A stretch of 64,000 nt of DNA from Cenarchaeum sp. (GCA_963693095.2 OY843768.1:864001-928000), one strand, 5' to 3'; counted from the stretch's first letter, positions 1 to 10,196 are shown. Translations and numbers: made by a program. The notes: generated by a model not told the origin, from the sequence alone.

Positions 1-1445
1 CGCAGCAGGCGCGCGCCGATTCCAGAATGCTGTATGCCCGTGCCGTGTCCGCCTATGCGAACCTGCTGGCCGAGCACGTGCAGCTCGCGCACAATGCACG
101 AGTCGGCCCCGACCTCGGGCCTATGCGCTGACGGGCCGGGCCTGCGAAGGCGAAGATAGCCATAGATGCGCGAGTGCGAGTCCTCCATGGACAGGAACGC
201 CTCGCTTCCGCGCGAGGACGCATAGTCGGTTCGGCGCAATGACAGTCCACCGTCTGGAATGGAGGAGACTCCGGCAAGGCCGGCCTCGCGGCACCTGATG
301 CACGCGCAGCTCGTACCATCACGCCGCATTCTCTCATGGACGGCCTGGCGCAGGTTTCCGGCACGCGCGCCGGCGATGATCTCGCTGCCGGGTATCTCGC
401 GCTGCACGCGCATTATGCGCACCCATGGCGGAACGCTGGCCTTTATTCTTGCGAGAAGGTCGACTGTCTGCTCCTCGCTTCGCGCCTCATAGAGGCCCGA
501 GGCGTACTCGTCGTGCATCTGTGTGCCCGGCAGGACGAGGAGCGGATAGATCTTTAGCATGTCTGGCCGCAGGTCAGGATCCTCCCAGAGCCGCCCAAAG
601 TCCTCAATATCGTCCTCAATGGACATTGTCGGCAGGCCGGGCATCATGTGGGCGACGACCTTGTAGCCCGCATCACGCGACACGCGCAGCGACTCTACGA
701 CATCGGCGTACGTGTGTCCCCTGTTGACTGCCCTGTACACGCGCTCGCGCAGGCACTGTATGCCTATCTCGACGCGCGTTGCGCCGAATTCGAGCATTGC
801 GTCCACGTGGGCACGCCTGCAATAGTCCGGCTTTGTCTCGATCGTCAGGCCCACGCAGCGCGAGGAGGCGCGCTCGTTGAGTGACTTTGCCCCATCAAGC
901 GTCGCCGAGGAGCCCCCGTTGAGCGCGCCATAGCAGGACATGACAAACCACTCCTGGTATTCTGGCGGCATAAAGAGGAACGTCCCGCCCACTATGACAA
1001 TCTCCACCTTTGAGGTGTCATGGCCGCGAGCCCCAAGGCGCGCAAGGGCCGCGCGCACCTGCGTGCCGGGATCGTACGAGGAGGCCATCGCGCCAGCAGC
1101 TATTGGCTCGCTGCCCGTATAGCTGTTGGGCGTTCCGCTTGCCGGCCCTCCGGGACAGTACGTGCACCTGCCGTGCGGACAAGCGTATGGCATCGGCATC
1201 ACGGCGATGACGGCAACTCCAGAGGCCGTCTTTATGGGACGCTTTAGGAGGGCCGCGCGCGCGCGTTGCGTGGCACCGCCATGCGCGAGTATCTCCTCGT
1301 TTGACGGTATGCGCCCAAGCGAGTGCCTAGCGCACGCGTCACGTATTATCGAGCGCACGGCGCGCGCACCATGATCTGCGGCACCTAGTGCCCCAAGTAT
1401 CTCCGCGCATGCGCTAGCAAGCCGGTCCCCATGCACCTGTTTCAT
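1..1445 (-). CDS. elp3: tRNA uridine(34) acetyltransferase Elp3 (radical SAM + GNAT), runs off the window edge
   Basis: Not in the ORF track. Manual translation gives KTASGVAVIAVMPMPYACPHGRCTYCPGG, IETKPD, RVEIGIQ, HMMPGLP, PDMLKIYP, RIMRVQREIP, IVRELHV and QHSGIG. An in-frame ATG also exists at 1454. Confidence 0.95.
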   Translation of the reverse strand, partial: MKQVHGDRLASACAEILGALGAADHGARAVRSIIRDACARHSLGRIPSNEEILAHGGATQRARAALLKRPIKTASGVAVIAVMPMPYACPHGRCTYCPGGPASGTPNSYTGSEPIAAGAMASSYDPGTQVRAALARLGARGHDTSKVEIVIVGGTFLFMPPEYQEWFVMSCYGALNGGSSATLDGAKSLNERASSRCVGLTIETKPDYCRRAHVDAMLEFGATRVEIGIQCLRERVYRAVNRGHTYADVVESLRVSRDAGYKVVAHMMPGLPTMSIEDDIEDFGRLWEDPDLRPDMLKIYPLLVLPGTQMHDEYASGLYEARSEEQTVDLLARIKASVPPWVRIMRVQREIPGSEIIAGARAGNLRQAVHERMRRDGTSCACIRCREAGLAGVSSIPDGGLSLRRTDYASSRGSEAFLSMEDSHSRIYGYLRLRRPGPSAHRPEVGADSCIVRELHVLGQQVRIGGHGTGIQHSGIGARLL

Positions 1446-1499
1446 TGCGCGCATGATATTCGACCCTGCATAAATTCTGTATGGGTGCCACACGCTGCC

Positions 1500-2114
1500 C
1501 TAGCGCCGTCTTTTGGCAGTTGCGCGCCGGCTCACCCTCCTGCGCACAGTGGTCTTTGCGACACGTCGCCTAACGGGACGCGCCCTCTTTACAGTCGTCC
1601 TCTTTCGCGTCGTGCTCCGCGCAGTGGTCCTTTTTGTGACTCGCCGCCGTGCCGCACCGCTAGACGTCGTTCTCTTGCGGACAGTCGGCCTTTTCCTAGT
1701 GACGGTGCGCTTTCGCGTAGTCGGCTTTTTCCTCGCAGTCGTGCGCGAGGACGGCCTCCTCCGCGACGTCGTCGCCCTGGTCTTTTTGCGCGTAGTCTTG
1801 CGCTTTGGTCGCCTTGTCGCCGATGTCTTGCGCGCGCCAGCCCTGGCCGGTCGCCTCTTTTTCTTTGGGGGTGACGCCCTCTTTTTTGCAGGCGGCCTCC
1901 TAGACGTGCCGCCTAGCTGGGAGCGGAGGTTCTTTAGCTTGATGAGCTCGACTCTCAAGAGCGAGAGCTGCTTGTCGATATCGGTTCCCGAGCTTGCCGT
2001 CGATGATGACTGCTGGCACTCGGGGCACAGGGCGCGCTTGCCGTCATACTTCATCGTCTCGCGAGTCACGGCCTTGCCGCACTCGGAGCATGATGTCACA
2101 TAGTCCTCAGCCAA
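1500..2114 (-). CDS. Zn-ribbon protein with coiled coil and long Lys/Arg/Thr-rich histone-H1-like tail
   Basis: CSEC...CPEC, then a LSLLRVELIKLKNL helix and a very basic repetitive tail. Probable TTG start (MAEDY) about 30 nt downstream of a TTAAAT box. Confidence 0.75.
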   Translation of the reverse strand: MAEDYVTSCSECGKAVTRETMKYDGKRALCPECQQSSSTASSGTDIDKQLSLLRVELIKLKNLRSQLGGTSRRPPAKKRASPPKKKRRPARAGARKTSATRRPKRKTTRKKTRATTSRRRPSSRTTARKKPTTRKRTVTRKRPTVRKRTTSSGAARRRVTKRTTARSTTRKRTTVKRARPVRRRVAKTTVRRRVSRRATAKRRR

Positions 2115-2145
2115 AGCAGTGAGACAGCCCCCCATGCGATGTGAT

Positions 2146-3462
2146 TTAAGGCTTATGGCCGCCGGCGAGGTCGCCTGCGTCATCGACAGGCGTGTCCTCG
2201 GGCGGCACAAAGACAAACTCCCTTCCCTCGTGCGGGTTGTCTGACCGGTCCTTGCGCTTCGCGCCGTCCCTCTTGGCATAGTCGAGCTTTAGCCAGATTG
2301 GCGTGATTATTGTCGTGACTGCCACCATTATCACGATCGTCGAGTAGACGCTTCCCGTCAGGACCCCGGAGGAGACACCGACGCCGGCGACGATGAGGCC
2401 CACCTCGCCGCGCGAGATCATCGCAATGCCGACACGCATTCCCTGCGCCTTGTCCTTGAGAAAGTACCATGACGGCAGGCCGCACCCAAAGAGCTTTGTG
2501 ACAATGGCAATGACGATCATGACCCCGCTCAGCATGAGGATGGTCAGGTCAACCTCCATAAAGTTAACCTGTGCGCCAATTATGGCAAAGAACAGCGGCG
2601 CAAATATCAGTCCCACCTTGCTGATAAAGTGCTCGACCTTGTCTATAACCTTGGTCGTCGATAGCGCCATGCCGACTGCAAACGCGCCAACTATGGGAGA
2701 GAGTCCAATAGATCCAGCTATCGCGGCGGCACCAAAGAATATTGCCGTCACAATGCCCTCGACACTGCCCTTTGCGTGCCACAGACGCGGGGCGACCAGC
2801 TTGGGAACTATGAACACTGCAGAGATGAGCATTATCGCAAAGAACCCAAGAACCTGCATTATGGTTATTGCGACGTCAGTCAGCTCGATGGAGTCTATTC
2901 CCCCGTCTGCGCCAAGCGATGTGACCACCGAGAGGACGGCAATTGCCAGAATGTCATCAACGATTGCCGCGCCGATGATGAGGCGCGCCTCGGGCGTCTT
3001 TATCTTTCCAAACTCGGTGAGAACCTGAAGCGAGATGGCTATGCTCGTTGCGGTGAGTGCCGTGGCGATCATCATTGACTGGAGCGCATCAAAGCCAAAC
3101 GCCTGAAACACCCACAGTCCGGCAAAAAACGGGAGAACGACCCCTATTGTGCCAACGGTAAACGACTTTTTGCCGCCGCGCAAAAACTCGCGGGGCGTCA
3201 TCTCCATTCCGGCCATAAAGAGGATAACTATGGCGCCGATCTCCCCGAGGACGCGCAGCTCGCTGCCGAGCTGCAGGAGCGGCTCGCCATCATAGACCAG
3301 AAACGCGCCGAACGCAAATGGGCCTATGATCATGCCAGCGAGGAGCTCGCCGAGGACTATGGGCAGGCGGATCCTCATAAAGAGCTCGGCCATGAGCTTG
3401 GCGGCCACTAGGAGTATCCCTACCCCTATGATCGTCTGGATAAAGTGGGACTCGACGGCCAA
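2146..3462 (-). CDS. Cation:proton antiporter (CPA2/KefB-NapA family)
   Basis: About 12 TM helices with LPIVLGELLAGMIIGP, TATSIAIS, AAIVDDILA and MISRGEVGL; probable TTG start. Confidence 0.92.
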   Translation of the reverse strand: MAVESHFIQTIIGVGILLVAAKLMAELFMRIRLPIVLGELLAGMIIGPFAFGAFLVYDGEPLLQLGSELRVLGEIGAIVILFMAGMEMTPREFLRGGKKSFTVGTIGVVLPFFAGLWVFQAFGFDALQSMMIATALTATSIAISLQVLTEFGKIKTPEARLIIGAAIVDDILAIAVLSVVTSLGADGGIDSIELTDVAITIMQVLGFFAIMLISAVFIVPKLVAPRLWHAKGSVEGIVTAIFFGAAAIAGSIGLSPIVGAFAVGMALSTTKVIDKVEHFISKVGLIFAPLFFAIIGAQVNFMEVDLTILMLSGVMIVIAIVTKLFGCGLPSWYFLKDKAQGMRVGIAMISRGEVGLIVAGVGVSSGVLTGSVYSTIVIMVAVTTIITPIWLKLDYAKRDGAKRKDRSDNPHEGREFVFVPPEDTPVDDAGDLAGGHKP

Positions 3463-3558
3463 CGCGCGCGGGGTCGCAAGCGGCGTGATATAAGGGGCGC
3501 GCCGCCTGGCGCGGCGTGCCGCCACTCTTTAATACAAAAGAGCGCCGCCTGGCCCACG

Positions 3559-4152
3559 ATGCTCGACAGCCTGCGCAAGACGCTCTCGCCGGCGCTGAGC
3601 CGCCTCGGGCGTGGGGCTGCGGCCACTGGCATATCGCCGTCGGCATGGACTGCGATCGGCCTCGTGGCCGCCTTTGTGTCAGCGGCCCTCTTTGGGATCA
3701 ACTCTGGCCACTCGATCGCACTGGCCGGAGTTGCGCTCCTCGCCTCGGGGTTCCTCGACATCGTCGACGGGCAGGTCGCGCGCGCATCGGGCAGGGAGAC
3801 GGCGCGCGGGGCGTTCCTGGACTCTGTCTCGGACAGGGTCGCCGAGGCTGCCATATTCATCGCAATCCTGGCCGGCGGCGTCGCCTCACCGCACCTCGTG
3901 ATCACCGCGCTGGCCCTCTCACTCATCGTGAGCTATACTAGGTCAAGGGCAGAGTCACTCGGCGTGAGGCTCGCCGGCATCGGCGTGGGCGAGCGGGCCG
4001 AGCGCCTGGTCATAATAGCAGTGGCCGCAATAGCTGCTGGCCTGTCCCAAACGGCGGCAATAATGGACTATGCCATGCTGCTCGTGTGTGTCCTTGCCGG
4101 CGTGACAATAGTGCAGCGCGTCATCCGCGCATCAAGGCAGCTTGACGGCTAG
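3559..4152 (+). CDS. CDP-alcohol phosphatidyltransferase (archaetidylinositol phosphate synthase-like)
   Basis: DxxDGxxAR...GxxxDxxxD motif (DIVDGQVARASG...GAFLDSVSD), plus YTRSRAE and ERAERL. Confidence 0.92.
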   Translation: MLDSLRKTLSPALSRLGRGAAATGISPSAWTAIGLVAAFVSAALFGINSGHSIALAGVALLASGFLDIVDGQVARASGRETARGAFLDSVSDRVAEAAIFIAILAGGVASPHLVITALALSLIVSYTRSRAESLGVRLAGIGVGERAERLVIIAVAAIAAGLSQTAAIMDYAMLLVCVLAGVTIVQRVIRASRQLDG

Positions 4153-4436
4153 CGCAGCCTGCCGCGCTTTCTTCGCGAGTCAGCCGAGCGAATCTTTAGT
4201 ATTCCAAAGTGTATGGCACACGATATGCAGTACCACTTTAGAACGCGTGGCGAGGCGATGTATGTGCCCTGTGCGCGCAGCTCCTTTGCGAGCTGGTGCT
4301 CCACGAGGTTTAGCCTTGATGTGACCTTTTTGGCCTTGTCCTTTGGAACCGTCTGTCCGCAGTTGGTGCACTGGACGGTGCCTGAGGAGCCCTTGCCGCC
4401 CTTTTTGCGTCCCCTGCTTGCCCGCTTTAGTGGCAT
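4149..4436 (-). CDS. rps26e: 30S ribosomal protein S26e
   Basis: MPLKRASRGRKKGGKG, VQCTNCG..VPKDKAKK, YCISCAIH. Confidence 0.97.
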   Translation of the reverse strand: MPLKRASRGRKKGGKGSSGTVQCTNCGQTVPKDKAKKVTSRLNLVEHQLAKELRAQGTYIASPRVLKWYCISCAIHFGILKIRSADSRRKRGRLR

Positions 4437-4520
4437 GACACGCTCCCGAACTGCCTGTTTATAATCCTGATGGACATACCCGCATCGAAGGCGCGCGCCG
4501 GCACCTGCGCATGTGGCACC

Positions 4521-5141
4521 CTAGCGCACCCTTGAAAGGCGTGCGTCAACCTCATCCCAGTTGACAACGTTCCACCACGCCGCAACATAGTCAGGTCGCT
4601 TGTTCTGGTACTTTAGGTAATACGCGTGCTCCCAGACGTCAAGGCCCAGCAGGGGCACAAGGCCACGCGTTCGCGGGCTGTCCTGGTTTGGCATCGCAGC
4701 ATACTCTACCTTTGATGATGACGTGTTGTAGGCAAGCCAGCCCCATCCGCTGCCCTGTATGACGGCAGTAGTCGAGGAGAACTTTTCCTTAAAGTCAGCA
4801 AAGCTCCCAAATGCCGACGAGATGGCATCGGCCAGCGCGCCTCCCGGCTCACCGCCGCCGTTGGCCGACAGGCTGGGCCAAAAGAGCGAGTGGTTGTCAA
4901 ACCCGCCGCCGTTAAAGTTGACTGCCCCGCGAACCTCCTCGGGGACGCTCGATAGTGAGGCCAGGAGCGTCTCTATGTCCATGCCCTGAACGTCTGCTGG
5001 GCACTTTTCGAGTGCGGCGTTGAGCTTGTCCGTGTATGCCTTGTGGTGCCTAGAGTGGTGTATCTCCATGGTCTGGGCGTCGATATGGGGCTCTAGTGCC
5101 CCATGGGCGTATGGAAGTGCGGGGAGCTCGTGCTTTGCCAA
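4521..5141 (-). CDS. sod: Fe/Mn superoxide dismutase
   Basis: [35 protein letters not shown]. Confidence 0.97.
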   Translation of the reverse strand: MAKHELPALPYAHGALEPHIDAQTMEIHHSRHHKAYTDKLNAALEKCPADVQGMDIETLLASLSSVPEEVRGAVNFNGGGFDNHSLFWPSLSANGGGEPGGALADAISSAFGSFADFKEKFSSTTAVIQGSGWGWLAYNTSSSKVEYAAMPNQDSPRTRGLVPLLGLDVWEHAYYLKYQNKRPDYVAAWWNVVNWDEVDARLSRVR

Positions 5142-5208
5142 CGAGGCAGGCCCCATCGGGGGTTAATTTAACGGTTTATGACGCGAGCAGTCCCACACGC
5201 CAGGATCC

Positions 5209-6261
5209 CTAGGCAATGTCGATGCCATTGACCCTGACGCCGCTTCCGGAGCCGACGTGGCCGATGACCTGCGCCCCAATCCTGTGCCGGCGCAGGCTCG
5301 AGACGATCCCGTCTGCCTCTGACTCTGGGGCGATGACGCAGAGGCCAACGCCCATGTTGAACGTCCTGTACATCTCGGCGTCTGCCACTCCCCGCGAGGC
5401 TATGAGGTCCATGATCGGCGGCGTGCGCGGCAGCGAGTCGATCTCATAGGAGGCGCGCCGCAGGCGGAGGAGGTTTGAGAACGCGCCGCCGGTGATGTGG
5501 GCCAGGCCATGGACGTCAAAGCGCGCAATGACGTCGAGTGCCGGAACCGCATAGATTCGCGTCGGGCGAAGGAGCTCGTCGCCGAGTCGACGCGCACCGG
5601 CAATGCGCTCGCTGAGCGGAATTCCGGCGAGTGCGCGCCGTGCGAGCGAGTATCCGTTGGAGTGCAGTCCCGAGCTGCGCGCGCCGATTATCACGTCACG
5701 CCGCCGGATTGCCCTGCCCGTGATGATGCGGCCGCGCGGGACGGTTCCAACCACGGTTCCGGCCAGATCAAAGGCGAACTTGCCACGTCCAAAGAGGTCA
5801 GGCATGATCGCCGTCTCGCCGCCCACTATGGGAACGCGCGCCTGCCGTGCCCCACGAACGAGTCCAGACACGATCTTTTTGAATATTCCCGTGTCATTGC
5901 GGCTCGCGGCGATATAGTCAACAAAGGACACCGGTGTGGCGCCAACGCACACAATGTCATTGACGTTCATTGCCACACAGTCAATTCCGACTGTGTCATA
6001 CTTGCGCATCCTGGACGCGATGAGGACCTTTGTTCCCACACCGTCCGTGTGGGTCGCAACGAGCGTGCCGTCTCGCGTGCGCACAATCCCCGCATAGTGT
6101 CCAAATGCGCTAGCCATGCGCGCACCGCGCGCGTGAGCGTGTGTTGATGATATCAGGCGCCCAATTGCCGTGCGGCTCTTGTCTATTGCGGCAATGTCAA
6201 CGCCCGAACCACGGTACGTGAGCGTCTTGGATCGGCGGCGCTTTGGTGCAGTGCGCATCAC
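5209..6261 (-). CDS. purM: Phosphoribosylformylglycinamidine cyclo-ligase (AIR synthase)
   Basis: TYRGSGVDI, TDGVGTK, GIDCVAMNVND, GGETAIMP, SSGLHSNGYSL, HITGG, TFNMGVG. Confidence 0.97.
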   Translation of the reverse strand: MMRTAPKRRRSKTLTYRGSGVDIAAIDKSRTAIGRLISSTHAHARGARMASAFGHYAGIVRTRDGTLVATHTDGVGTKVLIASRMRKYDTVGIDCVAMNVNDIVCVGATPVSFVDYIAASRNDTGIFKKIVSGLVRGARQARVPIVGGETAIMPDLFGRGKFAFDLAGTVVGTVPRGRIITGRAIRRRDVIIGARSSGLHSNGYSLARRALAGIPLSERIAGARRLGDELLRPTRIYAVPALDVIARFDVHGLAHITGGAFSNLLRLRRASYEIDSLPRTPPIMDLIASRGVADAEMYRTFNMGVGLCVIAPESEADGIVSSLRRHRIGAQVIGHVGSGSGVRVNGIDIA

Positions 6262-6974
6262 ATGTACATCCCCCGTACCTCGCCCCTGTGGTGCGCATAG
6301 CGGCGCGAGAGCTCCGAGTATGTGCTCTCGATCGCCTCTGCGTCACTGAGAAGCGAGGAGGAGTCCACGTCGAGGCCATAGAGCGAGTTGACCGCGTTGA
6401 CAAGCGTGGCAGCAGCGGCAGGATCGGCGGCATCCTTGTTGGCCCGCGCAAGGAGCGCCGAGCCGCGCACGTCGTGGAGAAGGCACTCATCGAGCAGGCC
6501 CCCAGAGATGCCCGTGATGAACCCCCGCGATATCATGCTGATGCCCGGCACCGCCTCGGCGTGGTGCGTGTCGCGCTCGGCCGCATAGTATGCGCATCCG
6601 TCATGGGAGTCATCGGCGATCCCGTCAAGAACGGCAATCTCGGCGGCATTCCTGGAGGAGAGCCACTCAAAGATGGCCGAGACTATGTCGTGTATGCCCT
6701 CCATGTGGAGCGTTATCTCGCATATTATGGCGCACGTGTTGGACTTTTCGTGCGCATAAAACCTAAACGGGTGCTGCAGGTGGCCGCGCAGGAATACTGC
6801 GGCCGGCGGGAGGTGGCGCGACCTCATGCACGCAAACTCGGTAAACCCCATGGACGACACAATGTGCCCAACGGCTAGCGGCCCGACGAGGCCGGCTCCG
6901 ACGAATCCGGCGATCACCGTGGGTCGCTCGAGTCGCACGGCTGAAAACTCTGTCACCGCCGCACTAGGAGGCAT
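6258..6974 (-). CDS. PAC2-family proteasome assembly chaperone
   Basis: GFVGAGLVG, PFRFY, GFITGISGGLL, DPAAAA. Confidence 0.88.
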   Translation of the reverse strand: MPPSAAVTEFSAVRLERPTVIAGFVGAGLVGPLAVGHIVSSMGFTEFACMRSRHLPPAAVFLRGHLQHPFRFYAHEKSNTCAIICEITLHMEGIHDIVSAIFEWLSSRNAAEIAVLDGIADDSHDGCAYYAAERDTHHAEAVPGISMISRGFITGISGGLLDECLLHDVRGSALLARANKDAADPAAAATLVNAVNSLYGLDVDSSSLLSDAEAIESTYSELSRRYAHHRGEVRGMYM

Positions 6975-7120
6975 GGAATGCTGCACCGTGAAGGCGCGCG
7001 CGGCACGCGGATTAATTACCTTTCTGCACTCTCCGGCGCGCAAGGCCGACACCGGCGGCAAAGGGCGCGCCCCGGATGGCCGGGTTTGCATTTAAACGGA
7101 GGCTCTGCGCCGCACCGGCC

Positions 7121-8053
7121 ATGGAGACGGCGATCAGCGCCCTGCTTGTGTGCGTCGGCCTCGCGCTGCTCTGCTTTGGCGGCAGCAGGCTTGTTGGCGG
7201 GGGCGCATCGATTGCGCGGCGCCTGGGCATGAGCCCGCTAGTCATCGGCATGACTGTGATCGCGTACGGGACGTCGACTCCAGAGCTTGCCGCAAGCATC
7301 GCCGCAGGGACTGAGCACAGCGCGATTGTCCTTGGCAACGTGGTCGGAAGCAACATCGCAAATGTCGGCATGGTCATCGGCGTTGCGGCAATCATGGCAC
7401 CACTCGCAATAGGCAGGCAGACGCTGCGCAGGGAGGTTCCCCTCATGCTGGGCTTCTCTGCCCTCCTTGTCATCATGTCGATCGACGGCGAGATCTCGCA
7501 CGTTGACGGCGCGCTCCTTGTCGCCGCACTAGTCGCATTTACCGTGTACGTATGCGGCACGTCAAGAAAAAAACAGCGCACACCAGAGCCTGACACTGAC
7601 ACAAATCCAATGTCCACGCCAAGGTCGCTGGCATACATTGCAATCGGGGTTGCGGCACTCTATGTCGGCGCAACGCTCACCATAGACAATGCCGTTGTCC
7701 TAGCCGAGAACTTTGGGCTCTCAGAGAGGGTAATCGGCATAACGGTAGTCGCAATAGGCACGTCACTTCCGGAGCTCATAACATCAGTGATAGCAATTCG
7801 CAAGGGACAGACTGACATTGGGGTCGGCAACATCATCGGGAGCAACATTTGCAACGTGCTCCTGATCGTCGGCGTGGCATCGGCCGCATTCACCATACAG
7901 GTTGACAGCGAGATGTTTGTCGACTATGCCATAATGATCGCGTTTGGCGCTGCACTCCTCATCGCCGTGCGCACGGGGATGATCAGAAAGGTCCACGGGA
8001 TAGGCGCAGTGGTCACATATGCCGTGTACCTTGGCACCCTGGCCGTGCGCTAG
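7121..8053 (+). CDS. Calcium/sodium antiporter (CaCA, YrbG-like)
   Basis: Two alpha repeats: GTSTPEL...GNVVGSN and GTSLPEL...GNIIGSN. Confidence 0.93.
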   Translation: METAISALLVCVGLALLCFGGSRLVGGGASIARRLGMSPLVIGMTVIAYGTSTPELAASIAAGTEHSAIVLGNVVGSNIANVGMVIGVAAIMAPLAIGRQTLRREVPLMLGFSALLVIMSIDGEISHVDGALLVAALVAFTVYVCGTSRKKQRTPEPDTDTNPMSTPRSLAYIAIGVAALYVGATLTIDNAVVLAENFGLSERVIGITVVAIGTSLPELITSVIAIRKGQTDIGVGNIIGSNICNVLLIVGVASAAFTIQVDSEMFVDYAIMIAFGAALLIAVRTGMIRKVHGIGAVVTYAVYLGTLAVR

Positions 8054-8103
8054 CGCGCAAACAACGCTGAGAATGAACCGAAAAATGGTGGGATAACCTG
8101 TCC

Positions 8104-8451
8104 CTACCTGAACGTCCTTACTTTCCTCACGATCTTGTTGTGGTCAAAGCTCGGGGAGCATGTGACGTACAGGAGGTGGTTGCGACCCGCTGGCATGACT
8201 AGTCTCTTGACCTTGTCATACTCGGCGACGGTGTACTTGCACGCCCCGAGCTTGCGCGCAAGGCTTTTGCGCTTTTTCATGTTCTGCGCTGATGCGCGCA
8301 GAGATGCCTTGCTCTCACTCGGCGTCAAGATGTTCTTGACTGACTTGCGACGTGCGTGGTACACGAGCTTGCCGCTCATGTCACAGATGCTAGCCACCCT
8401 TATCGAGGGGCTGATCTTTAGGACACGCTCTACGGCTTCCTGTGCCTCCAT
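8104..8451 (-). CDS. Roadblock/profilin-like thaumarchaeal protein (DUF6659-like)
   Basis: IRVASICDMSGKLV...LGACKYTVAEYDKVKR pattern typical of this AOA family. Confidence 0.7.
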   Translation of the reverse strand: MEAQEAVERVLKISPSIRVASICDMSGKLVYHARRKSVKNILTPSESKASLRASAQNMKKRKSLARKLGACKYTVAEYDKVKRLVMPAGRNHLLYVTCSPSFDHNKIVRKVRTFR

Positions 8452-8520
8452 GCCCGAGCCGCAGGCCTGTCAAGTCATAAAGGTTGCGCTGTGGGCCGCT
8501 CCTGCGCACGCGTGGGCCGC

Positions 8521-9018
8521 CTAGGGCGTGCGGCACTGGCCAGAGAGCGTGGCCGACGTGGCATATATCGAGACTCCCAGCGCGGCTATCGCCGCAAGGC
8601 GGAGCGGCACGTCATACTCGGAGAGAAACGACGCCGTCGCCGAGCCTGCCGCGCCAAGCGAGGTTGCCAGGGCAAGCGTTATGGGACCACAGCTGCACGC
8701 GCCGGCGAAGACGCCCACGGTGGCCCCCGCCATGCCGCCGGCGATTCCGCGGCGTGCGGCACGGGCGACTATGATCGAGTGGATGCCCATGGGAACCGCC
8801 ATCGCCGAGAGTGCCGACATTACCACGATTATGGCAAGGCCTGCCACGCCGCCCTCTGGAACGTGCGCGATGAGATACGGCTCAATGAACACATAGTCAG
8901 CCGTCAAGAGCATGAGGTGGAGCATTGCCGCAAACACGCCAATGGCCATTGCAACATTTGCGCGCCGCGCAAAGACCATGCGCGTGGCCTGTGCGACCAT
9001 TCGCACGCTGCGTGCCAT
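8521..9018 (-). CDS. Conserved 4-TM membrane protein with a CSC motif
   Basis: Hydrophobic helices, GACSCGP and a C-terminal Cys; starts 2 nt after the stop of the upstream ZnF gene. Confidence 0.7.
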   Translation of the reverse strand: MARSVRMVAQATRMVFARRANVAMAIGVFAAMLHLMLLTADYVFIEPYLIAHVPEGGVAGLAIIVVMSALSAMAVPMGIHSIIVARAARRGIAGGMAGATVGVFAGACSCGPITLALATSLGAAGSATASFLSEYDVPLRLAAIAALGVSIYATSATLSGQCRTP

Positions 9019-9020
9019 GG

Positions 9021-9197
9021 CTAGCGCCTTCGAAAAACGCCTAGCAGTCGCGATATTGCAGAGTCGATTGGGCATGACTCGCCACCGCCGGCATGGCGCT
9101 CGACGTGGCGTTCGTACTCTGGCCTAGAGCCAAACACCTTGTCACACTTGTCGCAATAGATCTTTTGTGGGCGTGAGCGCTCCCCGTTGTCTTCCAT
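9021..9197 (-). CDS. Small C2H2 zinc-finger protein (58 aa, below the ORF-track cutoff)
   Basis: Manual translation: MEDNGERSRPQKIYCDKCDKVFGSRPEYERHVERHAGGGESCPIDSAISRLLGVFRRR. Confidence 0.8.
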   Translation of the reverse strand: MEDNGERSRPQKIYCDKCDKVFGSRPEYERHVERHAGGGESCPIDSAISRLLGVFRRR

Positions 9198-9275
9198 CAC
9201 GCCCTCGAGCGCATGTCCCCCTTATAACCATACTTGAGCGTTCACGCACGTCAAGTGTCCCATGCGCCAACTGCC

Positions 9276-9644
9276 TCAGAGATAGTGTATTCGCTTGTGC
9301 GCATTGTACTCTACCTCGTATCCGGTGACAAACCCGCAGTGGGGGCATGAGAACATGTGGTCCTGCGTGCTCTCGGCACGCTCGATGGACTTGCCCGTAA
9401 GCGAGTGCACGCTGACCGTGTTGCCTCGCGCAAGGACAGAATAGTTGCGCGTCTCGCCTATCGAGTCCATGTACCCCTTTACTGCCGTGATGGCCTCAGT
9501 CATGTCTAGCGCGTCATTGTCGTCTATGGGGGAGAGCACAAATTCGTGCAGCTTTATCGCCGGAATGGCGCCGAGCTGGTCGGCGACATACACGGCCAGC
9601 TCGTGCTTTATGGCCTCAACGTCGTGGCAGTCCACCGTTATCAT
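9276..9644 (-). CDS. C2H2 zinc-finger protein
   Basis: C-terminal FSCPHCGFVT.YEVEYNAHKRIH. Confidence 0.8.
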   Translation of the reverse strand: MITVDCHDVEAIKHELAVYVADQLGAIPAIKLHEFVLSPIDDNDALDMTEAITAVKGYMDSIGETRNYSVLARGNTVSVHSLTGKSIERAESTQDHMFSCPHCGFVTGYEVEYNAHKRIHYL

Positions 9645-9727
9645 CAGCGGCCCCTCCTGCCATGGGCGTATTTTAGTCTAGGGCGCACCGCACACCATTA
9701 TATCTGCCCCGCGCGCCGTCCTGCCAC

Positions 9728-10114
9728 ATGGGCGGCGCGGAGTCCTTTGGGGCGCAGGAGGGCCACGGCGAGCGCGTCGTCGAGTGGATAAACGCGTATG
9801 CGGCCAAGGGCGGGCTAAAGCTGGAGGCGCGCCTGTACGGCCACACGGTCCGGACGCAGAACTTTGGGTCATTTGAGATGTTCTCATGGGTCGGCGACGT
9901 CAAGGCGGCGCGGCGCGCAGTCGTGCGGGCAAGCAAGCGCTTCCGCGTGAGGGTCATCGAGGGCGGATACAAGACTAGGGAGAGCATACTGAGCACAAGG
10001 CGAGTCGACTATGCGATGGTCAGGGACGGCGAGCGAACCGTCGGGAGGCTAAAGTTCGAGGCGCCGCTGCTCGGAAACAGGCCATGGAAGCTGTGTGCCG
10101 AGGAGTCGCGCTAG
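9728..10114 (+). CDS. Conserved hypothetical protein
   Basis: Host-like codon usage, upstream TATA-like ATTATAT, fills the gap between neighbours. Confidence 0.65.
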   Translation: MGGAESFGAQEGHGERVVEWINAYAAKGGLKLEARLYGHTVRTQNFGSFEMFSWVGDVKAARRAVVRASKRFRVRVIEGGYKTRESILSTRRVDYAMVRDGERTVGRLKFEAPLLGNRPWKLCAEESR

Positions 10115-10196
10115 GGCAAGGCCATGTCGCGTGGAGTTTTTGCGCTCGTGTGGTGCAGGCTGCCCAAACGACTAAAATAAGATCACAGGCGAGCCG

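Noticed and set aside
53-1374. Many short ORFs in the track over 53-1374
   Set aside because: Shadow or alternate frames of the minus-strand elp3 gene, which the track missed because it runs off the window edge.
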